A stretch of DNA of 63,965 nt, filler included, from Octopus bimaculoides (GCF_001194135.2; 7 parts of 7 records of this genome joined end to end with filler, not necessarily neighbours in it); one strand, 5' to 3'; positions 25,571 through 40,300 are shown, numbered from the whole stretch's first letter. Notes: generated by a model from the letters alone, not told the origin. Translations and numbers: made by a program.

Positions 25571-28389
25571 AGGACAAGTTATTACACTTGGAAAAGTTCA
25601 GGACAAATTATTACATCTGGTAAAAGCACAGAACAAGAAAATTTTTACTTAAAATATTGCAGCTGAGGATAAATTTTGAAATAAAAGATTTAGATTTAGA
25701 AAATATTAGTTTTTATTAAAACTAAAAATTTTATTAGTCTTGACCAAATGCCTATTTCTTTTACATAATGAATTTACCTACCATATATTCTATTTTACTT
25801 TGCATTAAACTTTAGCTATAATGGTACTTCTGGCTCTCATTTTTCAAGTATTCTAGTGTGTCAATATTTTATGCATATATATATACACACATGCACACAT
25901 GCACAACCTCCCTAAACTAGAAACCTTTATCCAAATATAACCCTTGCCATAATTAAACTCTCAATGAGGGACAATTACACAATATTAATGCATCGTATTA
26001 TCTCAGCAGACAAGCGAAGGTGGTGAACTGGCAGAACCGGTTGCGCGTCCATTAAAATGCTTTGCGACATTTCGGCCGCTTTTTTTTTTTTTTTCCTTAA
26101 ATTCTGAGTTCAAATTCCGCCGAGGTCGACGTTAACTTTCATCCTTTTAGTTTCAGCAAAATAAATACCAGTTAAACCCCGGGGTCGGTGTAATCGACTT
26201 ACCTTCTTTCACTAAAACAACCATAAACCCAAAAGCCCTAAATATGTTGAACCCTTACCCCACCCACTCTTATAAGTGTGTGGACTCTTCCAACTTAATA
26301 AATCGAGAATTCCAAACAGCTGAAAGTAAAAATGAGGATGCAATCATCTAAAGCCGCGATTTTTAAGTTCAAACTCTGCCGAAGTCAATTAAATTATGTT
26401 CTGCCCNNNNNNNNNNNNNNNNNNNNNNNNNNNNNNNNNNNNNNNNNNNNNNNNNNNNNNNNNNNNNNNNNNNNNNNNNNNNNNNNNNNNNNNNNNNNNN
26501 NNNNNNNNNNNNNNNNNGTAACAGTAGAATGATATTTGATCTCTACACAAAGTTTGTTATATTAAGGGAAGAAAGAAACAGGATATGTTGAAAATTGTTA
26601 TGTTTCTTTTTCCTACGGTCATTAAAGTCCTTAATTAAAATGAGTTTGTGAAACCAGGCGGCTAAATTTTCATATTAAGAATAGATTTCCTGCCCTAAAC
26701 TACGAAAAGCTCGCTTCCTTTTAAGAATACTCTTCAAGCAATAAGATATATGATGGCTCTTTTATTGACGCGCAGTATAAAGGTTAACCAGACTCGGAAA
26801 CGTTTATTCCCTTCAAAAGGGACATTAGGGACTTCTTTTTGTAAGGGCTTGGTCTGCAGAGTAGGGGCCATGTCAATGAATTGTTTCCTGGGCCTCCGTA
26901 ATGTGGGGCGGAAGTTTTCTTGAAACCAGCGATTTGGCCCCAGTATTTGTAGCAGTGTGAGTTCTATTAAATACATCGAAGTTCGATACGGGGGAATTAA
27001 ATCGGGCGACATTTGAAGTCTGTTGTCCTCAGCAGAACAGAAATGATCCTCTCTACGGACGACTTCCACAGTTTCTGTTTACTAAATTTCGTTCAAGTTT
27101 TTGTCGATGCGAGGCGAAAGAAGATATTTGCACGACGTACAATTGGATTGAAACAAAATTAGTGTATTGTATTTGACGGCATATAAGATGCGCCTTCCCG
27201 CCCAAGGCCAAGTCAGGGAAGATGTGGGGGCATGCACCGCTGCAACACGTTGCAGCTCGTTGCTATCATTCACCATTTGTCAGTATATTTCCAGGTCCAC
27301 TCGGAGACCCGCAGGGCAGATTGCCAATTGGTCCCCATCTCCTCATCTACTGTATCCATGTGGCATGCGGTTGACCAACACAAGCAATCAACCTATCAGG
27401 ATCCTCAGAGAAGAGAACCCTAAGCAGGATCTAACTCGGAAAATTGAGCAACATGGCCAGACAACCTGAGCTGGCGCACATGAATCATGCAAGTAACAGG
27501 ACGCATCCGATCAATTGGAACTCATAATACTACGAAACGCTCTGGTATCAAAGGAGTTCAGATGGCTCCTAAGTGCTCCGGACCTAAGAGTATCTTGATG
27601 TAAGACAAAGACCCAGTCCTTCCTCCACCGAAAAAGGAAATTCACTGCTGTATAAACAAATGCATAAATGGTTCCTCATTCATGCATGAGGCCTGCGGCC
27701 TTGAGGGGAAGGGCTTAATCGAGCTATCGACACTCGTACTTGAATAGTACTTTATTTTATCGACCTCGAAAGAATGAAATGCAAGGTTGACTTTAGCGGA
27801 GTTTGAACTGAGAACCAAAGAAGCCGCAACTAAATACCACCAAGCATTTTAACCGATGCTCTACTGATTCTGGCAAAACACCGCTCTTGATGTCAATGTA
27901 TGCACAAAGCCATCAGTTTTAGGGGAGTAAATAACATCGATCCCAATACTTAACTGGTACTTTATTTTATCGTCCCCTAAAAGGTTGAAAGGAAAAGCTG
28001 ACCTCAGTTAGACTTGAACACAAAACGTAGAGTTTGTCCGATCTTCTAACGATTCTACCTTTGTTCTAAACATCTTTCCAAACAAGGGCTCTTTTGCCGT
28101 GTATAATATCAAGGCCAGATTAAGGACCCGTGGTGAGGTTTTGTTATCAGTATGTAAACTCCATGACGCTGTTTCAATTCCTCGCTGGAACTAATCTTAT
28201 CAATGCTTTTATTAGATAAAGAACTTAATAAATGTGTTTATTACATACCCAGCGGAGAGTGGGGAGGGACCAGGAAGTGTGTTACCACAGTGAAATGCCG
28301 CGTAGCGACTGAGAGAGTTCGTTCTTTATTAGACGCATGACAACTCAATACAGATGTTTACATATCCACACATATAAGTGTGAGTATAT

Positions 28390-28459
<70 letters not shown>

Positions 28460-28855
28460 TTATATATATATATACACATACTCGCACATATACATACACA
28501 CACAAATACATACACATATACGTAGAGGAATAATTGCACACGAGAGTGGTAAATATGGAAATATTTAAGTGTGTGTGTGTGTTTATACGTGTCACTTTGC
28601 ACTCATTAACCAATTAACAAAAAACAATTAAGTTTTTAAGCTGAAATTTTACATTAATTACAATAGTGTACTCGTCTGACCATGGCTTACACTTAACTGT
28701 ACTTAAAGAATGGTGGCATAATGTATGTATGTATGTATGTATGTGCGTGTCTGTGTGCGTATGTGGATCGACACACATGTATGTACATATGTGTGTGTAT
28801 ATGTGTATATATGCACACGCGCGCACGCGCACGCGCGCGCACGCGCGCGCGCGCG

Positions 28856-28952
<97 letters not shown>

Positions 28953-29675
28953 TTGTGTGAATTTGTTTATGAATGTTTCTAAAGATTATATTAAATTAAC
29001 TGAAAACTACCCAAACGACCCATTTTTAATTCATCCACCATCCAAACATCTCCATTGTATTTTTGTATTCTTTTTAAACAAAAATCCCCGGCAGATCTTT
29101 GGACGTTAGTTTATAAAGTGTCTTCGGTAAATAATAACATTAAAGATCAATAAAAATGTATATTGGAATATATTTTTGACGCTCGGCAGGTTACCCAGGA
29201 GGCCCTGGGAATATACCGACAAATGATGAATGCGGCAATGCGCATGCCTCAAACACCTGGCCTATTTCCTGGCAAGACATAGAGAGAGGGCATTCAGCAG
29301 TCTTGTGTTTCTTTTCTTTTGCTTTTTTTTTTCTTAAACATTATACTCTATATAATCTATAATGCTGCTTTAAGATCTCCTTTAAAAAAAGTTAGATTAA
29401 TAAACCATGTATCAACGGCTTAAAACATAATTTCAATACTTTACATGCCAGACTCGAGTTCTTTATACACACATCCATCATATGTGTGTACGTGTACATA
29501 TATATATATATGTGTGTGTATGTGTGTGTGTGTAATGTATATGTATGTATTTATAGTGACATAGTCCTCGCAGGGAGAACACCTGTGTGTTAAGATGTAG
29601 AATTAATAGTATCTGTAAAGGTGTGGTGGTTTATCGTTTTAAGGCGTTTCTACACCGATAACCAGCATGTGCCCC

Positions 29676-29746
<71 letters not shown>

Positions 29747-30112
29747 ATACACATAAATACGCTATAGGTAAATATGAACACAGACTAGCAAGCACGCATG
29801 TTATACAGTTAGATGTGCGTGATTTTGTGTGTGTGTGTGTGTGTGCATTCATTTAACAAATGTCCGCATATTACGGCTGCTCTCTCTTTCTCTCTCTCTC
29901 CTTTTCTCCCTCTCTCTCTCTCTCACAATCTCTGAATACTCACCCTTCATGAGAAACACTAGAATCACTGCGAGTTCTGATGCTGGAGCAACGTAAAATG
30001 AAGTATTTTGCTCAAGAGCACAACGCACCGCCCGGTCTGGGAATCGAACTCCCGATCATGCGATCGAGAATGCAACACTCTAACCACTAGGCCACGTACC
30101 TTTATTTATATA

Positions 30113-30230
<118 letters not shown>

Positions 30231-30606
30231 CGTTTATATGTGTATGTAGGCATACATGAGTATATGAACACACACATACAGTTACGCATACGCACTCACA
30301 CACGCACGCATGCATGTTTGTGTGTATATGTCCTTATAAAGAGAAATCCATTTATTCATGGCCTCGGTCTCGCTTTAAAAGAAAGAATCTCTGCGTTATC
30401 TTCGGGTGTCAGATCGAATTACAGGATGTCTATCTCTGTTTATACATTCTTAGTCAGTGTTTGCTTCTGTATAAGTGTGTGTGCATGCAAGGGTATATGT
30501 GTGTGTTTATATGTATGTTCTTATTTGTGTATATATATTGATAATGTATATATGCCTGAATATATGTAAACGTTAGCACCAATACACGTATGCATTAATA
30601 TACACA

Positions 30607-30694
<88 letters not shown>

Positions 30695-30812
30695 NNNNNN
30701 NNNNNNNNNNNNNNNNNNNNNNNNNNNNNNNNNNNNNNTTAATTAATTAANNNNNNNNNNNNNNNNNNNNNNNNNNNNNNNNNNNNNNNNNNNNCACACA
30801 CACACACACACG

Positions 30813-30844
<32 letters not shown>

Positions 30845-31313
30845 GCTTATACATATGTAGCTTAAGTGGCCAAATCTTCAGTCTCTATCAATAATATTCC
30901 TGTTTAATAATAATAAATTTATACTCTACAATAATATAGAGTAACCAACTAGATTAATGCAAAATTGTTTTTATTATAATTGAACAATAAAGCAAACATT
31001 AATATATAAATATATCTATGTAGCTATAGATATGTAATATATATATATATACATACATACACATACATAGATAGATTAAGATATATAATATATGTATATA
31101 TATATAGCTATAGATATTTAATATATATTGGTTTCAAGTTTTGGCGCAAGTCCAGTAGTTTCAGGGGAGGGGCAAGTCGATTACATTGACCTAGATTCTG
31201 GTAGTTCGTCACCCTATAATATATATATATATTATATATAAAATATACCTTTCTATATAAATGTATAAATATGTATGTGTGCGTGTATTTATATACTCAC
31301 ACATGCATGCATG

Positions 31314-31355
<42 letters not shown>

Positions 31356-32099
31356 CTCTCACACACACATACTCACATGTGTGTGTACATATGTGTTTAT
31401 ATATGTATGTGTAAGCAATTTATATATATGTGTAAGCATTGTTTAGTATGAACGTTTATCTCTTACATTTTTCCTCATTTTGAAAACAAAAAATGAAAAA
31501 AACAAGCTGAATCTCTCTTAAGGTAATTAGTTAAAAACAATGTCATTCACAAAATTTCAAGAAAGCTTAGTTAATAGATTTTTATCTAGAATACAGTCCT
31601 TATGTATGCTATTTCCTGCTGTTAAAGTGGGGTGAAGTGCCTTGATCTAATTGTCCCTACATTGTACACATTTTACTTTGTTTATTTTTTTGTCAAGCGT
31701 ATGTATTCTGTATACTTAAACATGCTTCATTTTTTGTGAAGGAAATTTGTGGTTAAAATTCCAAATTTAAAGAAGAATAATATATGTTTGATGATGTTTT
31801 CTTTAAATTATTTTTAAAATGTATGTTATGTTTTGGCTACACATTTGCTTCAAGAAAACCTCAAGAAAATTGATGTTTCAAACCTTATTTGTCTCAAATC
31901 AGGGTATCAAGGATTGTGAGTTGATTATTCTTGTCTTTTACTACAGTAGATCATAGGACTGTTGACAAATTAAGATATTTTCCTGCACTGTGGTCATGCT
32001 GAGGCACTGTCTTGAAGGGTATAGTTGAACAAATCAACCCCAGTACTTGTTTTACACACACAATCACACGTGTATATATATATATATATATATTATATA

Positions 32100-32810
32100 A
32101 ATCATCATCATCATCGTTTAATGTCTGCTTTCCATACTGGCATGGGTTTGACAGTTGGACTGAAGACTCGCAAGCTAGGAGGTTGCACCAGGCTCCACTC
32201 TGATCTCGCAAGGTTTCTACAGCTGGATACCCCTACCAAGGGCAACCACTCCGAGAGTGTAGTGGGTGCTTTTTACGTAGCACTGGCACAGGGGCCAATC
32301 AGGTGGTACTGGCATCGATCACGCTTGAATGGTGCTTTTTTTATGTGCCACTGGCACAGATGCCAGTCAGGTGGTAACTGGCATTGGCCACGGCAGTGAT
32401 TTCACTTGACTCAACAGGTTTTCTCAAGCACAGCATATTACCCGATGATTGAAGGGTACTCTTAAATGGGTTGGTTATGTGACACTGGCATAAGCCACAG
32501 CTACTGTCTCACTTGGCTTGATGGTTCTTCTCAAGCACAGCATATCTCCAAAGGTCTTGGTCGCTTGTCATTGCCTCCATAAGGCCCAACATTTGAAGGT
32601 CGTGCTTCACCACTTCATCCCAGGTCTTCTTGGGTCTACCTCTTCCACAGGTTCCCTCCACTGTTAGGGTGTGACACTTTTTCATACAGCTGTCCTCATC
32701 CATATGTAACACATGACCATACCAGTGCAGTTCTCTCTCTTGCACACCACATCTGATGCCTCTTATGTCCAACTTTTCTCTCAGGGCGCTTACACTCTGT
32801 CGTGTATGAC
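32100..32810 (-). mobile_element. RTE-clade LINE 3' fragment, same family as 35416-36682
   Basis: LHWYGHVLHMDEDSCMKKCHTLTVEGTCGRGRPKKTWDEVVKHDL, with an (ATC)n tail at 32100-32113. Confidence 0.9.
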
Positions 32811-32866
32811 ATGTACATCCACAAAATCTATTTTATAGTTATATACAGCATATCATAATGACTTAC

Positions 32867-32968
32867 ACATCGTTCTGCTGCAGCAAACTCACTGTTGCAA
32901 ATGCAACCTTGCAATATTGTCGGTGCAGCTTCATCAGGGTCCATCCATTTGGCCATCCTCAAAATGAG
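32867..32968 (-). CDS. Candidate internal coding exon (LILRMAKWMDPDEAAPTILQGCICNSEFAAAERC), product unknown
   Basis: On the minus strand a CTAAT branch-like motif and TTTACTTCAATCAG acceptor precede 102 open nt (phase 0/0), followed by a GTAAGT donor. The stretch is GC-richer than its flanks. The mirror frame on the plus strand is also open (see findings). Confidence 0.5.
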
Positions 32969-35415
32969 CTGATTGAAGTAAATTTTTATTAGTGTTCTGT
33001 AGGAGACGGAGGTGTTGTTATTTATAGATAGATGCTATTGACGTCATCCTCACTTCAGTTGCTATCAGAAGTTAGGGCTTGGTCTTAAAGTAGGTTGAGG
33101 TCAAGATTGTTGTTTTTGTAAGGCTCTCAGTTCATTTTAATTATTGTCTGTTATTTTCAATTTGGAGTGTATTGTTTGTATTGAAGGGTTCATGTTTGTT
33201 TATATTCACTTTTTGGTTGGACTGCTCAATATTCGTGTTGTACATTGTGTAAGGTATTTTTTTTTTTTATTAATGATGGTTATCAAATATTTTTATGGTT
33301 AGCTTATAGTATTCTATTTGTTATATCAAGCCCAATTTTTGCTGGGGTGTTGGCTATCTAGAATTATCTTTATATCTCTTAAAGGTCTGACTGTTCTTGT
33401 GTAAGCATCTTAGGGCTTGTTCATGTCTTGTTTTAATGAATGTGTTTTTTGATGTAAAAAATATAATTTTTTGTAAATATTTAGTAAAGCTCCTCTACGC
33501 ATAAGGTGCATCTATCGAATAGCTGTTCTATCGATTGGGAACTAATTAGTACTGCTAAGCCTTATAAAGTGGAGGGGAATAGATGAGCTTTACCAAATAT
33601 TTACATAAAAACACTCATTAATTAATAAAAGATACTTGGTTTTATCATAGAAGCTTCATGCTTTAGAGTGATTTCAGTTAAAACTTCCATCAAAATCCCA
33701 TGTTAATTTATGCTCCAAACACCAGCTTAATAATGACAAAACTATTTTACTAAATCTATCATTATTTTTCAAAATTAATTGAAACAAAGCAGTGTATTTC
33801 AATAGGAATATGGTGACGAAAAGAGTTAATCTTTAGATCAACCCTGATTGAGCAAACCTATGTGAGAAGGCAGTCTACCAATGTTCATCCTTATTTCTTT
33901 ACTACCCACAAGGGGCTACACACAGAGGGGACAAATGAATCAAGTTGATTATATCAACCCCAGTGCATAACTGGTACTTATTTAATCGACCCCGAAAGGA
34001 TGAAAGGCAAAGTCGACTTCGGCGGAATTTGAACTCAGAACGTAAAGACAGACGAAATACTGCTAAGCATTTCGCCTTGAGTACTAACGATTCTGCCAGC
34101 TCTCCACCTGTTCATTCTATTTGCCTAAATACACAATATCTGGCATTATTTAGGAATGTACTTATGCATTGTCTTTTTGTTTTTTTTTCTTATATGATTT
34201 AGCTGCTGCTTCTAGCAAGTCCACCTACCACATAGAATCTCCCACCTTGGCCTGGATAATTATTGTTTAAAATCAACAGTAATCAAATCCTACAGTTTTT
34301 TTAAATCATTTTTCTCGAATCATTGTCTGTAAGCTTATCAACATTATATCAAAAACGTTCATTTTCACTGATTGCCTGAGCAACCTACTCATGGACACAG
34401 TAATTTATAATTGATAATAAAGGCTGAGTCATTTATAATCTAATTGAAATTAAAAAAGAAATCAGTTAATCAAAATTCACCTAATCATTTTTTATTCAGT
34501 TCTTTTTTACTTTTTGCTTTCTGCATCATAATTCTTTTATAAACCTGGTGATTGAATGTTTATATTTGTTGCTGGTAGCTATAACCATTCTTTAACTGCT
34601 TTACACAAGATAAACTTAAGTTCCAATCACTTCTGTAACTGGCATACTTTTATTTATTCATTTGTCAAAAAAAAAACAAAAAATAAGATTAAAGGTAAAA
34701 AAAAAAAAGTAAGTAAAATCTAGTCTTCTTTCTGATGTCTTGATTTTATATTTTTCTTATAGCAATATTACAGTTCATTATCTTCATTGTTTTGTGGACT
34801 TTGATAGGTTTTTCAATTTCTTACTACTTGAGATTCACTAATATGCTGCATTATACATGTCATAATAGTCTCTTTTGTCTGAAACAGTAATCCCTTTGTC
34901 ACCATTGAAAGCAACTTCTGAACTTTTACTAACTGGTTTGAAATAGTAACAAAGCTACACTTTCACTAACTTTATTCTCTGTTCTGATAGCAAAATCAGT
35001 TGCAGATTTATCAACTATTTTGAGTGAAACATCACAGCAGTTTATAGAATTTATGATTTATTGGTTATACTGGAACATTGAGTACACTTCAACAGGTGAA
35101 TCCCCGAAATTCCAAGTCAGCTACCTTTAATTCTTTTTGGCTTAAAAACCCTTTAATTCTTATGATTGCCTGAAATCTGTAAATCAGTTTTGTCTTGGCC
35201 ATAATATTATAATGTATCTTATTGGATAAGTTCTTCTTTCATTGTATCCTTTACTAGAGCCTAGTGTACCTATCTTTCCATATCTTCAACACCTCTGTTT
35301 CATTATATACAAAAGGTTTCTTAACATGTTTGGATAATTTTCCAGTTGTACTATTTATGAATAAATTCCTTTTATCAAGTAGAAGCTCATAAAACATTGA
35401 TTTATCAATATTTTC

Positions 35416-36682
35416 ATGCTAGACGTAGTTGATAGTTTCCGTTATCTAGGTGACCAAGTTAGTAGTGGGCGAGGGTGCGCTGAAAGTGTAGCTGATAGAA
35501 TAAGAATAGCCCGGGCAAAGTTCAGAGAGCTCTTACCTCTGCTGGTGACAAAGGGCCTCTCGCTCAGAGTAAAAGGCAGACTGTATGACGCATGTGTATG
35601 AACAGCCATGCTACATGGCAGTGAAAAATGGGCCGTGACTGCTGAGGGCATGCATAAGCTCACAAGGAATGAAGCCAGTATGCTCCAATGAATGTGTAAT
35701 GTCAGTGTGCATACTCAACTGAGTATAAATACCTTGAGAGAAAAGTTGAACCTAAGAAGCATCAGTTGTGGTGTGCAACAGAGACGATTGCGCTGGTATG
35801 GTCATGTGGCGAGAATGGATGAGGATAGCTGTGTGAAAAAGTGCCACACCCTAGCAATTGAGGGAACCTGTGGAAGAGGTAGACCCAGAAAGACCTGGGA
35901 TGAGGTGGTGAAGCATGACCTTCGAACATTAGGCCTCACCGAGGCAATGACTTGTGACCGAGACCTTTGGAAATATGCTGTGCGTGAGAAGACCTAGCAA
36001 GCCAAGTGAGACCATAATCCGAGGCCTCTGCCAGGGGTGTAGCCAGCCCACTTATGTGTACCTTTCCTTCATTGGACACTAAACTCCGCTTGCGAAGACC
36101 TGTTGAGGCAAGTGAAATCGAAATCGAACCAAATTCGACGACTGGCACCCATGCCAACCTCTCCTTCATTGGACACTAAACTCGGCTTGTGAAGACCTGT
36201 TGGAGGCAAGTGAAATCGAAATCGTGATGGCACCTGTACCAGTGGAGCGCTAAGAGAACTGTCCGAGCGTGATCATTGTCAGAACATCTGGCTGGCTTCT
36301 GTGCCAGTGGCATGTAAATAGCACCATTGGAGCATGATCATTGCCAGAATCACCTTACTGGCACTTGTGCTGGTGGCATGTGAAAAAGCATTCGAGCGAG
36401 ATTGTTGCCAGTGCCACTGGACTGGTTCCTGTACAGGTGGCACGTAAAATACACTATTTTGTGCATGGCTGTTGCCAGTACCGCCTTACTGGCTTTCGTA
36501 CTGGTCGCACGTAAAAGCACCCACTACACTCTGAGAGTGGTTGGTGTTAGGAAGGGCATCCAGCTGTAGAAACTCTGCCAAATCAGATTGGAGCCTAGTG
36601 TAGCCATCTGGTTCGCCAGTCCTCAGTCAAATCGTCCAACCCATGCTAGCATGGAAGGTGGACGTTGAATGGTGATGATGAT
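35416..36682 (+). mobile_element. RTE-clade LINE 3' fragment (RT C-terminus, repetitive 3' UTR, (GAT)n tail)
   Basis: VVDSFRYLGDQV...RIRIARAKFRELLPLL, LRWYGHVARMDEDSCVKKC...GRGRPRKTWDEVVKHDL. Internal stop codons are present. Confidence 0.9.
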
Positions 36683-37130
36683 ATCTACTTGCTTCTATAT
36701 TCTATTTAATTTTTTTTCAAATCCCAGAGTCATTGTTCATCTCAGTTTCTATAGCTTTAAGTGGAAGACATTGATGATTTCTTTTGGTAAGGGTTTTAAT
36801 CAGTGACTGATCATGTTCTCAGAAGGTTTTACTCCTATTCTTGGCATGTTCATCATGTATAATAATGTATTGTGGTAAAATAATGAAAATCATGTCATAG
36901 ATTTCCTATGCTTGTAAATTATATTTTTGAATGAGAATGAGCATTTACAGTAGTGTAAAATTGCTCACTATTTAAGTGGTGTGAATGAAATAGGATTCTA
37001 CATTTCCAAAACTATTGTCGTAACAAATATAGAATCAACGCAGATAATTGCATAGATGGCGTATTGAACAACTATCCAGAAATCAGTAGTTTATGTCCTA
37101 TTGCTGCCATTGTAGGGTGTTTAAGGACAA

Positions 37131-37351
37131 TATGACGGAGTGCTGAAAAGTGCCTGGCATTAGGTAAAAGAAAATACAGGAGTATCTGTTAATTATGATT
37201 TTATTCAACATATTCCCCTCTCAGATTCACACACTCATTGCAGTGGTCCTTCAGTTTTTCTAAGTCCTGTAAAAGAACTTGGAAGGTTGGGCCTCCAGCC
37301 AGGCCTTTCACAATATCCTTAAAGCCAGGAACTTTTCAGTACTCACTCATA
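37131..37351. mobile_element. Tc1/mariner MITE
   Basis: TIRs TATGACGGAGTGCTGAAAAGTGCCTGGCATTA and TAAAGCCAGGAACTTTTCAGTACTCACTCATA with TA ends. Confidence 0.75.
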
Positions 37352-40300
37352 CATTTAACTATGAATCACTGAGTCTGACCTTTTAGAGGAAGGACTGCTA
37401 TTCATGGCTTTTTGAAGCTATCCAAGACTAGTCAGATTCCAGGAGCTAATGTTTCTCTTGGATAGTTGTACCATATTTTCTAGCATGCAAGTTAATGTAG
37501 TAAATAGTGTAAACATGCAATGTAAGCATTTAAACATTGTCACTATTTTTCCAAATCCTGCTGCATTTCACATGGAATTTTTCATCTTCCAAGACCATCA
37601 ATCTTTTTGGTAGTAAGTTTTGGTCTGATTACTTTGACTTGTATGCCAGAAAATATGGCAAGTTGACAGACAGCTTCAGGAAAAACTGAAGTAGAGAGAG
37701 ATTTCCAGAGAGTCGATGTTCTGGATGAGAACGACTAAGTGTAGCAGTTAGTGTGGGTCATAGAGAAGTGTGTGATGTGAGGGTGGCAGTAGGAGGAAAC
37801 ATGAGTGCATTGGGAGTCCCTGAGTGGCAGTGGTGTGAAACCAACCAACACTGAGAAGCAGTGACTCCTGTATTAAATGATAAGCAAAGCAAAATAAGGA
37901 ACTAGCACATCTATGAGACAGAGTTTAGAGTGTGTTTGTGCCAATCAACCAGGTGAATTTTTTGTCACATATGCTACACTGTAATAATACCTATCAAAAG
38001 CAAACATTTATAGAATTCAAATGAGACCCTCAGGAGAATAATGATCCTACATCTGGAACAGTGCTGCTGCTGTACTACATTTATCCTCACTTGCACCCCC
38101 AAAATGTTGACTCAGGTTTCTTGTAATAAAGAGTCCCTGTCTGATGATTGTTAGTTTGCCACTTCACACTTTGAAGCTTCTTCAACATGAAACTACTTTG
38201 TCACATGAATTAGCTATTCAGTTATGAGACTAAATTTACAACATACCAACTTTACTGCCTAGTATACAAATGCCAGCTTTTGTTTTGACTTTTGAAATTG
38301 GACATGCATGGATTCACACACGCATTCATGCACACGTGCGCACATGTAGTATTTAATAAATATCATCATTTGAGGGTATTGTGTTGGCAGAATAGATAAA
38401 GTGATAGGAAAATGCTTTCTGGTTTTAATTTTCATATATTTACCTACTGAGTTTTTATCCAATCAAGATCAACTTTGTCTTTTGTTCTTCTGGTATTATT
38501 AGTATTAGTTATTAAGGGAGGTGAACTGGTAGAAACAGTAGCATGCTGGGAAAAATGCCTAGCAGCGTTTCATCTGTCTTTATGTTCTGAGTTCAAATTC
38601 TGCCAAGGTCGACTTTATCTTTCATCCTTTTGGGGTTAATAAAATAAGTCCCAACTGAACAATTATAATCAACTTTCCCCCTACCCTCAAATTGGTGGCC
38701 TTCTGCCAAAATCTGAAACCATTATTAGTATTAGTTATTATAATTTTAGACTTTTAAGGAAAACTGACATGCCTTATGACTACGGTTAGTGCAATGTTTG
38801 CTTTTGTATTCTAGACAACTGTTGCTGTGCTTATTATATTTTACATTATGTATTATAGTTGTTAGTTATTTCATTCCATGGTGAAGCTCAGCCTGATTTG
38901 CATTTACTTTTCATCCTTTTGGTGTCAATAAACTTGAGCTGTTAGAATTAATGATACATTGTTCTGTAAAAAAAGATCATTATTTTATATTTACAGAAAT
39001 TATATTCATAATTTTGTTCCTCTAATTTTTCTGAAATGTTTAATCTCTACTGAAATAAAGTTAGTAATGAGAATCAAATGAAATAATTATTTTTTCACTA
39101 ATTCCACATTATGGATTTATGTCTAATTTATTTAATCTTTCTTGAACTAAATTTTGATAAATTACTTCCTGTTATTAAACTAATTGAAATATTTCTTTCA
39201 AATTATAATTTTTGTCTGTAATTTCTATAGTATAATTGTCTGATCCCATGTATAACATTTTTTATTTTGGCTCAACTTCAAATTCTATTATGTGGAATGA
39301 ACATTATTTATTTCATGTTCTTTTATTTAGTTCATCTATATAATGAGTTCTTGCAATTTTGTGTTTTTGTAAAATTGGATGATATACAAAATTTATCAAT
39401 AAGTCTTATTAAAAATTATAGATTTTATTGTAGGAATATGTTTTCATAGTGTTCTAAGGCTGACACTTTTGATTACTAGCATAATCATCATGGATCAAGT
39501 AAAAACAAATGTAAATCTCTTGTAAACCCTATAATTGTTGCTTAGGTTCATTCTTTTTGTTTAGTGGGTATGACATAGGTACCCTTCAGCAGTGGCTTCT
39601 GTATTAAATGATAAACAAAACAGGATAAGGAGCTAATACATCTATGGGACAGAGTTTAAAGTGTGTTTGTAAGGGACTTCATGCTAATCATCTAGATGAA
39701 CTTTATTTGGGGTGCAATCTAAGATATGTTTGGTGTAGCAGTAGCACTTTTCCAGATGTAGGACCATTATTCTATGCCAGTCTATTTCTTAAAATATTCT
39801 CATATGATTTGATACTTCTTAGCAAGTATGCTACCTGAGGTTAATTTTTACCTTCTTTTTGCTAAGTGTGTGTGACATAGGTAGGTACTCTTCAAGGTAG
39901 AATGTCATTCAGTTTCACATAATATTTTCACATGATCTGATATTTCTTTTTGGCAACATGATTCCATAGAATTAAAAGTATTGCTCAAACACAAAAGAAA
40001 ACGACTGTAATATACTGGAACCAAAGGCTTATGAGCTTAGTTAATTTCACTTGAAATGAAACTTCAAGGTATCCTCCACCAAAAGCATTTTCAGGCAAAT
40101 ATTAGAATCTGATACTTCACAAACAGCAATGACCCCTTCATGTAGGTCTAAGGTTTCATTTTATTTAGAATTTGCTTACCATTGTTGATAATGGTTTCCT
40201 TGAAACTATAAGCAAAAGAGCATTACAATTGAAGTAATCTTGCTGTCAAAGATCAGAGGGTGCGACTACTTTCACTGTTGAAGTGTGCAAGCCACATCCA

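Noticed and set aside
26734-27469. ORFs of 111 aa (-) and 100 aa (+)
   Set aside because: No family was recognised with confidence, and 27170-27470 looks like frameshifted LINE debris.
32867-32940. Hammerhead-like CTGATGA-A-GCTGCA...TGCAGC in the candidate exon (minus strand)
   Set aside because: It is followed by AGAAC rather than GAAAC, has no stem I, and the pairing is explained by Ala codons.
36728-36786. 59-nt plus-strand exon-like segment (VIVHLSFYSFKWKTLMISF)
   Set aside because: The splice sites are good, but the composition is intron-like and there is no partner exon or recognisable peptide.
40180-40205. 26-nt minus-strand micro-exon with TAG|...|GTAAGC
   Set aside because: It is too short to distinguish from chance in AT-rich DNA.
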